A stretch of DNA of 26,646 bases from IMG/VR virus record IMGVR_UViG_3300033076_000845, positions 1-26,646 of that record, one strand, 5' to 3'. Origin of the DNA: a virus. Taxonomy: Duplodnaviria > Caudoviricetes. Both the position numbers and the translations under genes were made by a program. The first letter of the stretch is position 1; each line of letters opens with the position of its first letter. The notes under the pieces are model-generated. The model was not told where the DNA came from, made no database searches, and worked only from the letters and a program-made list of their open reading frames with translations. Of this stretch, positions 14,638-23,360 are shown piece after piece.

Positions 14638-14745
14638 TTCAATAGGTTTTCGCCTTTTCTCGTAGGCGCTCACCTATGGAGGAAATCCCCGATTTGCTAT
14701 CTTGCTGTACTCTTGGCCCCCCGAAAGTGAGCGCAGAGTCCCCTC

Positions 14746-15678
14746 ATGGCAAGAGCAGTCCAAACCCCGTCCGGCGCATGGCGCATCCAGCTCAAGATCA
14801 ACGGACAGAAGTTGTCCAAGACGCTCGACAAGAAGCGAGATGTCGAGCAATGGGCATTGGAGCAGCAGGCGCTGGGCAAGCGCCTCAAAGGCGGGTGGCG
14901 CACCTTCAAGGACGCTGCCGAGAAGTACATGGACGAAGTGTCTGCCAAGAAGGGCGGCGAGAAGTGGGAGCGCATCCGCATTGCCTATTTCATTGAGCAC
15001 TTCGGCAAAGTCCCCCTGGGGGAACTTGATTCCCCCCATATGGCCCACTGGCGGGATGCCCGGCTCAAGAGCGTCAGCGGCTCCACAGTCGTGCGAGAAG
15101 CCGCCCTACTGAAACACATCTTGAGCACTGCCCGGGATGAATGGCGGTGGATGGAGCACAACCCATTCAGGGGGGTGAAAATGCCTTCTGAGGCCGAGCC
15201 ACGGGATGCCCGGTGGAAATGGCACCAGATCAAAAAGGTGCTCCGACAAGGCCAAAGGGGCGGCCCAAAGATGCAGGAAGTGGCCGACGCCTTCCACATC
15301 GCACTGCGCACGGCAATGCGCCTGCAGGAGGTTCTAGCGGCTCCACAAGGCTTCGACAAGGCTCGAAGGGTGGTCACGCTGTCGCGGACTAAGACCGGCA
15401 AGGCGGTTGTGCCGGTAGGCAGGATTGCGGCCAAGCTGTTGGACAGGCCGGCGTTCACCGTAGGGGCAAACGAAGCCTCAACCCTGTTCGCCAGGATGAC
15501 CAAGCAGGTTCTGATCGACGGCCTGACTTTTCACGATTCCCGAGGAACCGCCCTCACCCACATGGCGAAGAAGGTGCCGGTGGAGATTTTGGCGAAGGTC
15601 TCCAGGCATCGCGACATATCCATGCTGGTGCGGACCTACTATCGGCCTACCCCGGAAGAGGTCGCCAAGAGGTTATGA
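14746..15678 (+). CDS. int: tyrosine integrase
   Basis: Catalytic set R (TAMRLQE), K (TKTG), HxxR (FHDSR), H (SRH), Y (RTYY). Confidence 0.95.
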   Translation: MARAVQTPSGAWRIQLKINGQKLSKTLDKKRDVEQWALEQQALGKRLKGGWRTFKDAAEKYMDEVSAKKGGEKWERIRIAYFIEHFGKVPLGELDSPHMAHWRDARLKSVSGSTVVREAALLKHILSTARDEWRWMEHNPFRGVKMPSEAEPRDARWKWHQIKKVLRQGQRGGPKMQEVADAFHIALRTAMRLQEVLAAPQGFDKARRVVTLSRTKTGKAVVPVGRIAAKLLDRPAFTVGANEASTLFARMTKQVLIDGLTFHDSRGTALTHMAKKVPVEILAKVSRHRDISMLVRTYYRPTPEEVAKRL

Positions 15679-15683
15679 AACGC

Positions 15684-15716
15684 AAAAAAGGCCCCTCCAC
15701 CCGAAGGCAGAGGGGC
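15684..15716 (-). terminator. terminator of the late/lysis operon
   Basis: Minus strand: GCCCCTCTGCC-TTCG-GGTGGAGGGGC followed by cTTTTTT; between convergent int and Rz1. Confidence 0.85.
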
Positions 15717-15760
15717 TAAGGATCAGGCAACTGCGAAGAAGCCTTGATCAGGAGACACGG

Positions 15761-16021
15761 TTACGGTGCGTCGGCCAGCGCAGCGGCCCGGCACTTGCGG
15801 TACTGTCCAGCAACCTCCACAAGCTTGAGCGTGGTATCGCCGAAGGTGTCAGCGCCCGGCGGGAGCGGCGTCAATTCTGGGCAGCTTGAGACCACCAGGG
15901 GGCTCGGCCCGACCCGTGATAGCGGTGTTGAGGTCTCGCAAGCCGCCAGCAGAATGCTTGCACTCACGATAGACAGTGTTCGTGCGAACCTCAGTGCGGA
16001 TGGGCTGGGTGATGGTGACAT
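15761..16021 (-). CDS. Rz1: o-spanin lipoprotein (Rz1-like), start uncertain
   Basis: Lipobox LAAC, Pro-rich mature part with CP...C; overlaps the 3' half of Rz in another frame. Confidence 0.75.
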   Translation of the reverse strand: MSPSPSPSALRFARTLSIVSASILLAACETSTPLSRVGPSPLVVSSCPELTPLPPGADTFGDTTLKLVEVAGQYRKCRAAALADAP

Positions 16022-16202
16022 TCTTGACCTCCATGGCGGCGATTGAATCGGCTGCGCCCTTCTGGGCCTTGTCGTACACGGCATCAACCAGCTCTTGCGT
16101 GGTCTTCTGCTTGGCAATGGCACGGTCTTCACCAACGTCCATGCCGTAGAAGAATGCCCCGGCTGCGGCGATCAGTGCGCCGATGATCAGATAGGGGTTC
16201 AT
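15849..16202 (-). CDS. Rz: i-spanin (Rz-like)
   Basis: N-terminal TM helix MNPYLIIGALIAAAGAFFYG, periplasmic helical region with a C-terminal Cys; ATGA overlap with the endolysin. Confidence 0.8.
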   Translation of the reverse strand: MNPYLIIGALIAAAGAFFYGMDVGEDRAIAKQKTTQELVDAVYDKAQKGAADSIAAMEVKNVTITQPIRTEVRTNTVYRECKHSAGGLRDLNTAITGRAEPPGGLKLPRIDAAPAGR

Positions 16203-16684
16203 GCTGCCATCGCCTCGGCGTACAGCGCCGGCCAAGTTTGAGGATGTGGCTTGCCAGGCCGCCAGGTGCGCGCGTAGAGGTTCCAAGCGCCCTTTTCGTC
16301 GCCGACCTCGGGCAGCTTCTTCGGGTCGGTGAACAACAGCAGCCGGGCAGCAGCAGCGGCCAGCACGTCGTCTGTCTCAATGGCGTTCCAGATTGCTGTA
16401 GCGTTAAAGTCAACCTTACGCTCTTGGCAAATTCGGCTCATCCAGAACCGAGAGGCTGGATGCTCGACGACGCCTTTGCAACCACCGCCGCGCTCGAACT
16501 GCCAGAACCCACGGGCTGGGCCTTTCGCGCCTGGACGTCCTTGCACCACCTGAAAGCGGTGCGTAAACCGGCTCTCTTGCAAACCGATGGCGTAGAGCAT
16601 CACCCGGGCCTGCGGGCTGGTCATGGCGGGCGGCAGCATAAACAGCGCCTTTGAAACGGCGTGCTTGACTTGTTCAGGGATCAT
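16199..16684 (-). CDS. endolysin, lysozyme-like/transglycosylase fold
   Basis: AIGLQES catalytic Glu and ARGFWQFE motif; located between holin and spanins. Confidence 0.8.
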   Translation of the reverse strand: MIPEQVKHAVSKALFMLPPAMTSPQARVMLYAIGLQESRFTHRFQVVQGRPGAKGPARGFWQFERGGGCKGVVEHPASRFWMSRICQERKVDFNATAIWNAIETDDVLAAAAARLLLFTDPKKLPEVGDEKGAWNLYARTWRPGKPHPQTWPALYAEAMAA

Positions 16685-16917
16685 TTCGAGCCTTCGCGCT
16701 TGTACTTGCCCGGGTTGCGGGCCTCGATCTGCATGTCGATCAACCGGCTGCGCTCTACGTACCGCATCCGTCGAAACTGCTCCAGCCGAGCGATGATTTC
16801 GTGCTCAGACCACGACTTGAGACAATGCTGTTGGATGCTTTCCAGCTCCATGTCCAGCGGGTCGGTTCTGTCTGGGACGGTGATCGTTGGAGGCACGTAT
16901 GGGATGCGGTCGGTCAC
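16681..16917 (-). CDS. hypothetical soluble protein within the lysis cassette (78 aa)
   Basis: GTG start overlaps the holin stop (GTGA) with an AAGGA RBS; its stop overlaps the endolysin start. Confidence 0.55.
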   Translation of the reverse strand: MTDRIPYVPPTITVPDRTDPLDMELESIQQHCLKSWSEHEIIARLEQFRRMRYVERSRLIDMQIEARNPGKYKREGSK

Positions 16918-17156
16918 TGGTCGTCTTTCGGGTGCAGCGCAGGCTGAGCCTTGATCCGGGCGGCAACCAGCGTGAGGAACATCACCGCCGCAGTAACCCC
17001 ACCCAACCACTCAGGAGGGATGCCAAGCAGCGACAACATGTCGTTGCGCTGGGCTTCAGTGAGCAACGGCCACACCGTAATGACTGCTGCCCATGCGGCG
17101 GCTACTTGGATGACCAGCATGCGCCACCACTGCTTTGCGTTCTCAATCAGCTTCAT
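16914..17156 (-). CDS. putative holin (2 TM helices)
   Basis: MKLIENAKQWWRM... two hydrophobic helices and a C-terminal AR.K.Q motif; GGAG RBS. Confidence 0.75.
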   Translation of the reverse strand: MKLIENAKQWWRMLVIQVAAAWAAVITVWPLLTEAQRNDMLSLLGIPPEWLGGVTAAVMFLTLVAARIKAQPALHPKDDQ

Positions 17157-17455
17157 TGCTTCTTCTCCATGCGTTCTGACACCTTCTCGACGTTGCGCTT
17201 GATGTCGTTCAACGATTCCCGGATCTGCTGCATGTTGTTGTAGACCGTCTGATCCTGATACCGGTCTGTCATCTCCTGAGCGCGGCGGCTTTCCTCCAGC
17301 ACCACCACACGCTTGTCGAGAACCGACCACATCCCAAGACCAGCCAGGAACATCGTGGCAATGGTCAGTACGTGGCCCAGGTTGATGGTCGGGTCAAAGT
17401 GCGGTTTGCGCGATGACTTGAGAGGGGCAAAGTCAGATTCGCTCATGCTCATCAC
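17153..17455 (-). CDS. single-TM membrane protein with coiled coil (holin/antiholin-like)
   Basis: INLGHVLTIATMFLAGLGMW followed by a helical tail; first gene of the lysis cassette. Confidence 0.65.
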   Translation of the reverse strand: MMSMSESDFAPLKSSRKPHFDPTINLGHVLTIATMFLAGLGMWSVLDKRVVVLEESRRAQEMTDRYQDQTVYNNMQQIRESLNDIKRNVEKVSERMEKKQ

Positions 17456-18012
17456 GCCTTCGGAATGCTGAAATTGATCTGCAGTTCGACTTCATACACA
17501 GTGACCGCAGAGCCATTCCCGCCGAGCTGAAAACCGATCTGCTTCATCACGCCAGCCGCTTGCAGTGCCTTGAGATGGTCCGTAATCCACACACCACCTG
17601 GTACAGGAGTGGCTAGGTTCGCCCCTTGGATGACGCCAAGAACTTGGATGTTCGACGGGCCATCGTCTGCGCTGGTGACGTTGATGTAGTTCGCGGCATT
17701 CCCTGGTGCCCATATCACTCGGACATAAGCCGAATGAATCGGGGCCATGGGAAGCTCAAAGTGCATCGGGTGGCAACTGCACGACAGAGCGTTGCCGATG
17801 AACTTCGGAGTTGTCGCGCTGTCCGTCACTGCGCCGTTTGCGTGCACAGGGCCGAAGAGTTGGACCGTCGTCGGGATGTACCAGCTACCAGGATCAGGCG
17901 CTGGCGAGGGAGCAGGAGCCGGAGGTGTTGCGGGGATAAGCTCCGACAGCTTCAGATCAACAAACGTGTGAATCTCTTGGAAGGCCTGTTGTACAAGTGC
18001 GTTTTCGATCAT
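17452..18012 (-). CDS. hypothetical beta-rich protein downstream of the tail fibre
   Basis: Short N-terminal helix, Pro-Ala linker (PATPPAPAPSPAP), beta-rich C-terminal domain; start at ATG 18012 or GTG 18018. Confidence 0.65.
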   Translation of the reverse strand: MIENALVQQAFQEIHTFVDLKLSELIPATPPAPAPSPAPDPGSWYIPTTVQLFGPVHANGAVTDSATTPKFIGNALSCSCHPMHFELPMAPIHSAYVRVIWAPGNAANYINVTSADDGPSNIQVLGVIQGANLATPVPGGVWITDHLKALQAAGVMKQIGFQLGGNGSAVTVYEVELQINFSIPKA

Positions 18013-18014
18013 GG

Positions 18015-19163
18015 TCACTCCCAAGAAATGTTCACGGAACCAGCGTCAAACTGATCGGTTCCACCTGATGTGGTCAACCGAATGCGATCAAGTGCGGCTG
18101 ATGTCGCCTTTGATCCACCAACCAAATTGGCCCCGGCAGAGTCAGAACGCGTGAGAACTCCGCTGGCTACCCACGTTGTGCCGGTCATCAAGGACAACGT
18201 GACAGCGCCTTGCATCACAACCGTGGCTGCTGCAGCGTTGATCAGCCCAATGCCGTTGGTGAACAGGGACGAAGCTGCAGTTGAAGCGCCAACCACGCCA
18301 GCGGAGCCGAGGTATCCGGTCGTCTCAATGCCGCCTGAGTCGCCGAACTGCAGAATTGGCGGAGAAGTTCCGTTGGTGCTGACCCCGGTGAACATCACCG
18401 TGATTCGCTTGGCCCACGATGGAATGCCGGTGAAGTCCACCGACGTTTGCGTGGTCAGGGTGACGGCAGTCCCAAGCTGTATCTGAGCTGCTTTCATGTT
18501 GGCCGCCGTGAGCGCTCGCGCCGTATCTAGGCCGGCTTGGGCTTCTGCATCGGTGGCAAGCTCGACAATGCCCCTAACAGTCGTGCTCGCGACCGGAAGA
18601 GAGCTATTGGTGACCGATGGAAGACCGTATGCCACCAAGGAAAGGCCAGCATCCAGCGACCCGCTGTCGTTCGCCAGGGTGACAGTGGTGATCCCGGCCG
18701 CAAATACAGAGTTGGTGATCGATGAGTAGATGAAGCCAGACGTGTTTGTCGTGCGCGTGCGCCTTCCGATCTGCAAAATGGGGGTCTGGTCACCCGGCAC
18801 GCTGAAAGAGGTCGCCCCGATGTAGGTCGGCACAAACCCTGACTCAACCCATTCCGATTGACTCACTGAGGCATCGTTGACGCCGGCAATGTCGTCGATG
18901 GTTCTTAGGGTTGACCCAGACGCATCCTTGATGATGAACTTGTACGAAACGCCCCCTGTGAGCCAGATCGGCCCCAGCGTTGGGTATCCCAAAGAGTTGA
19001 GAATGACCGGGTTTGACTGCGGCGTGGCACCCGAAGAGCTGGTGTACGTCGCGGCTGGCGTCGAAGACCCGGCGAGGTAGGTTTCTATCTGGCCGCCGCT
19101 AAGAGGGTCACCGTTGGCGTCGATGAACTGGTCATTCCCGATTGGGGATAGGTACTGTGGCAT
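18015..19163 (-). CDS. tail fibre / receptor-binding protein
   Basis: N-terminal podovirus head-binding pattern (QF.D.NG.PL.GG...Y.AG...P..TY...NPV.L...G) and the fibre repeat ASTTVRGIVELATDAEAQAG. Confidence 0.85.
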   Translation of the reverse strand: MPQYLSPIGNDQFIDANGDPLSGGQIETYLAGSSTPAATYTSSSGATPQSNPVILNSLGYPTLGPIWLTGGVSYKFIIKDASGSTLRTIDDIAGVNDASVSQSEWVESGFVPTYIGATSFSVPGDQTPILQIGRRTRTTNTSGFIYSSITNSVFAAGITTVTLANDSGSLDAGLSLVAYGLPSVTNSSLPVASTTVRGIVELATDAEAQAGLDTARALTAANMKAAQIQLGTAVTLTTQTSVDFTGIPSWAKRITVMFTGVSTNGTSPPILQFGDSGGIETTGYLGSAGVVGASTAASSLFTNGIGLINAAAATVVMQGAVTLSLMTGTTWVASGVLTRSDSAGANLVGGSKATSAALDRIRLTTSGGTDQFDAGSVNISWE

Positions 19164-19174
19164 TTCGTGGGTCC

Positions 19175-19208
19175 AAAGAAAAAGCCCCGCCGTTGCCGGA
19201 GGGGCTTT
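19175..19208 (-). terminator. terminator between the last ejection gene and the tail fibre gene
   Basis: Minus strand: AAAGCCCC-t-CCG-GCAA-CGG-c-GGGGCTTT followed by TTCTTT. Confidence 0.75.
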
Positions 19209-19219
19209 AGAATTTCGGG

Positions 19220-19381
19220 ATGAGTTTTGCTTTGGCTACGTTCTTGAAGCCATTTGTCTACTTCGTGATATTCGGCTTGATCTGCCTACCCGCGCGGCTG
19301 GCGGTGCAGAAGTGGATGCCCGAAGGCAGGTGGAAGCGCCTACTGCTGCGGCCGATTGGCAGCAAACCCGCCGGTCAATAG
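19220..19381 (+). CDS. 53-aa antisense membrane protein, putative superinfection exclusion (not in ORF track)
   Basis: MSFALATFLKPFVYFVIFGLICLPARLAVQKWMPEGRWKRLLLRPIGSKPAGQ; one TM helix plus a basic tail; TAGAAT 6 nt upstream of the ATG. Confidence 0.65.
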   Translation: MSFALATFLKPFVYFVIFGLICLPARLAVQKWMPEGRWKRLLLRPIGSKPAGQ

Positions 19382-21148
19382 CGCCGGCTGGGTCGCCATT
19401 CGTAGCAGCGTGTTCCCGTTTGCGGTCGGGGCCTGGAAAGTCCGCGCAGCCTGAAGAGCTGCCGCCGTCGCCTGTGGATCAAGCATCATCTCTGCAAGTC
19501 GGTTCTGAATGTTGGGGGTCGCCATTCGGCCGGCAAACTCTATTGGCCGCAAAAGCGTTCCTAGGACCGTGTTGTCAACCAGTCCTTCGGGCAATCCTGT
19601 TGGCCCCAGGAAACGGCGCAGCATGTTCTGGCTAACCATGTTCTGCGCGGTGTTAGATCCAACCGCCTTGCCGGCCTCTTGGGTGTACTGCTTTCGGGCC
19701 AGATCACGAGCCACGTTTTCCAAAGCCTGAACATCCCCGCCGCCCATGACCTCACGCAATGGTCTATCGATACCGGTTGAGCGACGGACAGAATCGCCCG
19801 CGTCGGTTAGCGCTCGCTGGTAGGCGTTAGCCATCTCCTTCGAGTTGTTGCCGTACTGAGCCGATACCGGTTCATAGCGCCGCAGAAGATCGCGTGCGAC
19901 CTCCATGCTATTCACCTGGCGTGACATTGCTGCATAGTTATCGTTCGCCGCCCTATAGGCAGGCGCGATGTCCTCTAGGACAGACATCAGATCGTTCTTG
20001 GTTTGCGTCAGCGCTCGAAGTTCGTTCTGCCCCAGAGATGAGCCCGGTCGAGAGGCGGCTGAAATCTGGTTGTCCAGCGCCTTTTTGAGCCAGTCCAGCC
20101 CTTGAATCGACCCGAAGTCATCAATGGCTTGGTCGCTTTCGGCCGCAAGCCTACGGGCGACGGCTTGAGCTTGCTGAATGGAGGGCCGAGCCATGAGGCT
20201 TTGAAGCTGCGGGGCTATGGCTTGCGCCATCGCAGGATCAATCCCTTCCTGCATCGCGCGTGCGTAGTCCTCATTGGCGAAGATTCTTCGGCCGTCACGG
20301 ATCGCATCAAAGTATTCATCAGTGCCGGCAACGTTGCGAATAGCTTGATTGCGAGCGGCCTGCTGCTCCATGAAGCGACGTTGCAGGGGGGCCGACATCT
20401 CCGGGTTGTTGAGCATGGTTCGCTCAAGCTGGGCAAGGCCGGGATCTCGAGCGGCTTGTGCGGCAGTTGGGGCACTGCCGGGAACGAGTGGCTGCGCACC
20501 TTGAAGATTTCGGATCGCATCATCCGCATTGGTCGCTGATGCTCGCAGAACATCCTGGGCGATGCGGTTTTGCCCGTTGCGGGTAAAGGTGTCGCGGACG
20601 GCCCCGAGCCCAGCAGCGCCTGCCTGGATGCCGCGCCCGGCCAAGATCGCGGCCGGTGCCAGTACGCCGCCAATCCCGATGTTGCGGAGCGTCTCTCCGG
20701 TGCTTTCGGATGGTTGGGCCAGCCCAGACGCAGCCCCGATCAATGCAGAGCCGCCAATGGTGTTGGCACCTGGGATGAACATCGTTGGTGCCAACGTGGC
20801 GATATTGCCAACCACGTTCCCAGCTACGCCTGCGCCTGTCTTCATCAAGGCCGCGTCTCGTTTACGAGATTCGGCGATGTCGTCCCGATCTACAGCCCCA
20901 ACCATCTGACCAACGCCGCGCGCAACGTCAGTCATCGCCTTTCCGGCGCCGGCCAAAAACTTGTCAACACCTGACATGCCCTTGGTTGGGTCGTACTGTT
21001 CTCGCATCCGCTTTTCTTCGGCTGCGACACGCTGCTCACGGCTACTTCCACCCTGGATTACGGCTGCGAGCTGTTCGGCAGTCGCCCCCTCGGGGCCCTC
21101 AATTCGATACTTCTTGCCGTCCGGGCCTTCAATCGTGTAGATCGGCAT
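19340..21148 (-). CDS. DNA ejection / internal virion protein (P22 gp16 position)
   Basis: 602 aa, Ala/Gly-rich helical, N-terminal Y.IEGPDGK.Y.IEGPEGAT motif, central hydrophobic Gly-rich segments; third of three ejection genes. Confidence 0.8.
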   Translation of the reverse strand: MPIYTIEGPDGKKYRIEGPEGATAEQLAAVIQGGSSREQRVAAEEKRMREQYDPTKGMSGVDKFLAGAGKAMTDVARGVGQMVGAVDRDDIAESRKRDAALMKTGAGVAGNVVGNIATLAPTMFIPGANTIGGSALIGAASGLAQPSESTGETLRNIGIGGVLAPAAILAGRGIQAGAAGLGAVRDTFTRNGQNRIAQDVLRASATNADDAIRNLQGAQPLVPGSAPTAAQAARDPGLAQLERTMLNNPEMSAPLQRRFMEQQAARNQAIRNVAGTDEYFDAIRDGRRIFANEDYARAMQEGIDPAMAQAIAPQLQSLMARPSIQQAQAVARRLAAESDQAIDDFGSIQGLDWLKKALDNQISAASRPGSSLGQNELRALTQTKNDLMSVLEDIAPAYRAANDNYAAMSRQVNSMEVARDLLRRYEPVSAQYGNNSKEMANAYQRALTDAGDSVRRSTGIDRPLREVMGGGDVQALENVARDLARKQYTQEAGKAVGSNTAQNMVSQNMLRRFLGPTGLPEGLVDNTVLGTLLRPIEFAGRMATPNIQNRLAEMMLDPQATAAALQAARTFQAPTANGNTLLRMATQPALLTGGFAANRPQQ

Positions 21149-21151
21149 GGG

Positions 21152-22420
21152 TTACTCCACCGAGAGGATCTTGAAGCCGCCGCTACCAGGGGGCGTTGCC
21201 GATCTTCCCGGCTTGTTTTGCGGCTGGCGCGCCTGGCCTGAAACCTGACCAATGCCCTGCATGATTCGATCAAGTTCCGACGCCTGCTTATCCAGTGCAT
21301 CTTTCGATGTGATAACGCCCTTCAACGACCTTGGGTCGGTGATGACCGCAGTCAAAATATCAAGGTCGGGGCCGTTTAGCACGCCAAGGTTGTATGCCTC
21401 TTTTGCTTGCAGCATCATGTTGTTGTACTTGGTGCCCATGGCGGCTCGCTTGTCCGGGCTTGCGGCGTCCAATGCACCGAATTTTTTTAGCTCTTCACGG
21501 TATTCGCTAATCGCATTCGACAGGTTGTTTACACCGACCACTTGCTTCTGCTGCGACTCGGGCAACTTATCTCCAGGCCCGCCAGGTATGGCCTCAAGAT
21601 TCGGTCCGTTCCAACGGTAGCCTGGGGGCGGCTTTCCGCCCATCTGAATCTCTTGTGCCTTCAGCGCGTTTGCTTCTCGGCCACGAGCATCCGTCATGTT
21701 TTGACCACGACGCGTCGTCTCGTTGCTTGCCACACTGTCAGGCGTCTGTTGTTTCTGGATCGGCGCGCCGCCCGTTGCCTGACCGTAGGTCGGGCTGTTC
21801 GGGTTCATGTCGCGGAAGCCGATTTGCTGGCCGTTGTCGATCTTCTCGGCCTTGGGTGCGAAGAACTCCAGAATCTTTTCAGGAGCCATCTGCCCCACCA
21901 CACCCTCACGCAGTCGCATGCGCAGCGCGTTGGGATCATCCGGCATGTTTGCAATGGATGCCTCGTACATCTGGGCGGGGATGATGCCGGCAGAGACCAA
22001 CTCTTGGCCGGCCTGCATCACCAGATCCTTGTTCAAGTCTTGTCGCTGCGAAAGTGCGCCAAGCGCCTTCTTGAACGCTCCATACCGCTCCGTCGCCAGC
22101 TTCTGGCGTGAGGAATCGATTTCAAGGTCTGACTTCTGGTTGGCGCGTCGATCAGTTCCTAGCTTAGTAGCCTCATCCATGAACCCGCCTTGCAGCAAAG
22201 CGGACTCACGGGCCTCCGGCGTGTCGTACTGGCCCTGAAGCAGTGCAGCCAGCTTGTTTCGGCGCTCACCAGCAGTACGGTACTCGTCCATCTTCATCTG
22301 GCCGAGCTGGTTCTGTTGCTGCAGTCCTTGGACTTGCATCATCTTCGCCAGGTTATTCACCGGGCTTTCGATCTGAGGCTGACGCGACTGGAGAATGATT
22401 GAGGGGTCGAGTTGTGCCAT
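21152..22420 (-). CDS. DNA ejection / internal virion protein (P22 gp20 position)
   Basis: Gln-rich helical protein with PPGYRW...LEAIPGGP motif; synteny. Confidence 0.78.
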   Translation of the reverse strand: MAQLDPSIILQSRQPQIESPVNNLAKMMQVQGLQQQNQLGQMKMDEYRTAGERRNKLAALLQGQYDTPEARESALLQGGFMDEATKLGTDRRANQKSDLEIDSSRQKLATERYGAFKKALGALSQRQDLNKDLVMQAGQELVSAGIIPAQMYEASIANMPDDPNALRMRLREGVVGQMAPEKILEFFAPKAEKIDNGQQIGFRDMNPNSPTYGQATGGAPIQKQQTPDSVASNETTRRGQNMTDARGREANALKAQEIQMGGKPPPGYRWNGPNLEAIPGGPGDKLPESQQKQVVGVNNLSNAISEYREELKKFGALDAASPDKRAAMGTKYNNMMLQAKEAYNLGVLNGPDLDILTAVITDPRSLKGVITSKDALDKQASELDRIMQGIGQVSGQARQPQNKPGRSATPPGSGGFKILSVE

Positions 22421-22421
22421 T

Positions 22422-23360
22422 TCAGCCGCCCATCCCAGAGTTGCCAGAGAAATACTGGTTGTTCAAGGTGCCCCAGCTAGAACCACCTCCGCCAGGGTTT
22501 CGGATCAGGTCCATCAACTGGTTTTGCTGGTAGAAGTTGGCAGCTTGCCCAAGACCGTTGTTCAAGGCATTCGCCTGACCCATGTAGCCAGCAGCCTGTG
22601 CGTTCCCGAAGGAGCCGAGCGCGTTGGCGTTGTTCTGCGCGAACTGCCCCGCTGTGTTGCTCATCTGGTTGGTTGCGCCTTGGCCCGAGTTCACCAGCCC
22701 TGCAAGACGGTTGTAATTGTTCGTCTTGTTGTTCTCGAAGCGGCTGTAGGCGTTGCCGTATTCCTGAGAGGCGAGCCCTTGGCCGTACTTCTGGATCGCC
22801 TTTTGAGCAGCGCCAGATAGCAATCCACCACGCGCTGCAGCAGATCCCTCTACACCGCGCATGCCCTCATCCATGCGGAATTGATAGCCCGGGTCGGCCT
22901 GGAAGTCCTCCATGCCGAAGTTCTTCATCAGCGACCCGTAGTCACCGCCTCGCGCGGAGGCATCCGGCTTGTACTGAAGCTTTGCAAGGCGTTTGGCTTC
23001 CTCGCGCAAACGGTCCTCGGTGGCGGCGATTTCGCCCTGAGCCCAACCAGGCGCACCGTCATAGGTGAAGCCAAATTGCGCGGCGTGCTCTTCGCTGTTC
23101 TTTTGACGAAGTTCTCGATAGATTTGATCGGCCACATCTTGCGAGTAGCCTAGATCCAGCCCCATCATCTCCATCAGTCGATTGTTCGCAGCGACACCGG
23201 TTTCCCGGAATGGGCGTTGAAGCTCCATCTGCTGTCGAGACATTGCCCGGTTCGTCGCATTGGTCTGGCTTGCGGCGTCCTTCTGAGCATCTGCGGCATT
23301 GCCCGCAGCGTCTGCAGCAATCACTGCACCGCCGATGGCGGCTACGGCTCCAAAGCTCAT
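22422..23360 (-). CDS. DNA ejection / pilot protein (P22 gp7-like)
   Basis: Ala/Gly-rich N-terminus, DPGYQFR..EG...SAAARGGLLSGA motif. Confidence 0.85.
   Translation of the reverse strand: MSFGAVAAIGGAVIAADAAGNAADAQKDAASQTNATNRAMSRQQMELQRPFRETGVAANNRLMEMMGLDLGYSQDVADQIYRELRQKNSEEHAAQFGFTYDGAPGWAQGEIAATEDRLREEAKRLAKLQYKPDASARGGDYGSLMKNFGMEDFQADPGYQFRMDEGMRGVEGSAAARGGLLSGAAQKAIQKYGQGLASQEYGNAYSRFENNKTNNYNRLAGLVNSGQGATNQMSNTAGQFAQNNANALGSFGNAQAAGYMGQANALNNGLGQAANFYQQNQLMDLIRNPGGGGSSWGTLNNQYFSGNSGMGG

Noticed and set aside
14560-14640. Complete tRNA gene
   Set aside because: Only about 14 nt of a 3' end is present; no TTCG T-loop, anticodon arm or D arm upstream.
14694-14705. TTGC-tatc-TTGC upstream of int as a CII-dependent pI site
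   Set aside because: The spacer is 4 bp rather than 6 bp and the sequence differs from the TTGT-N6-TTGT site at PRE.
18015-19163. Diversity-generating retroelement or invertible tail fibre cassette
   Set aside because: No reverse transcriptase, invertase or duplicated template repeat is visible in this window.
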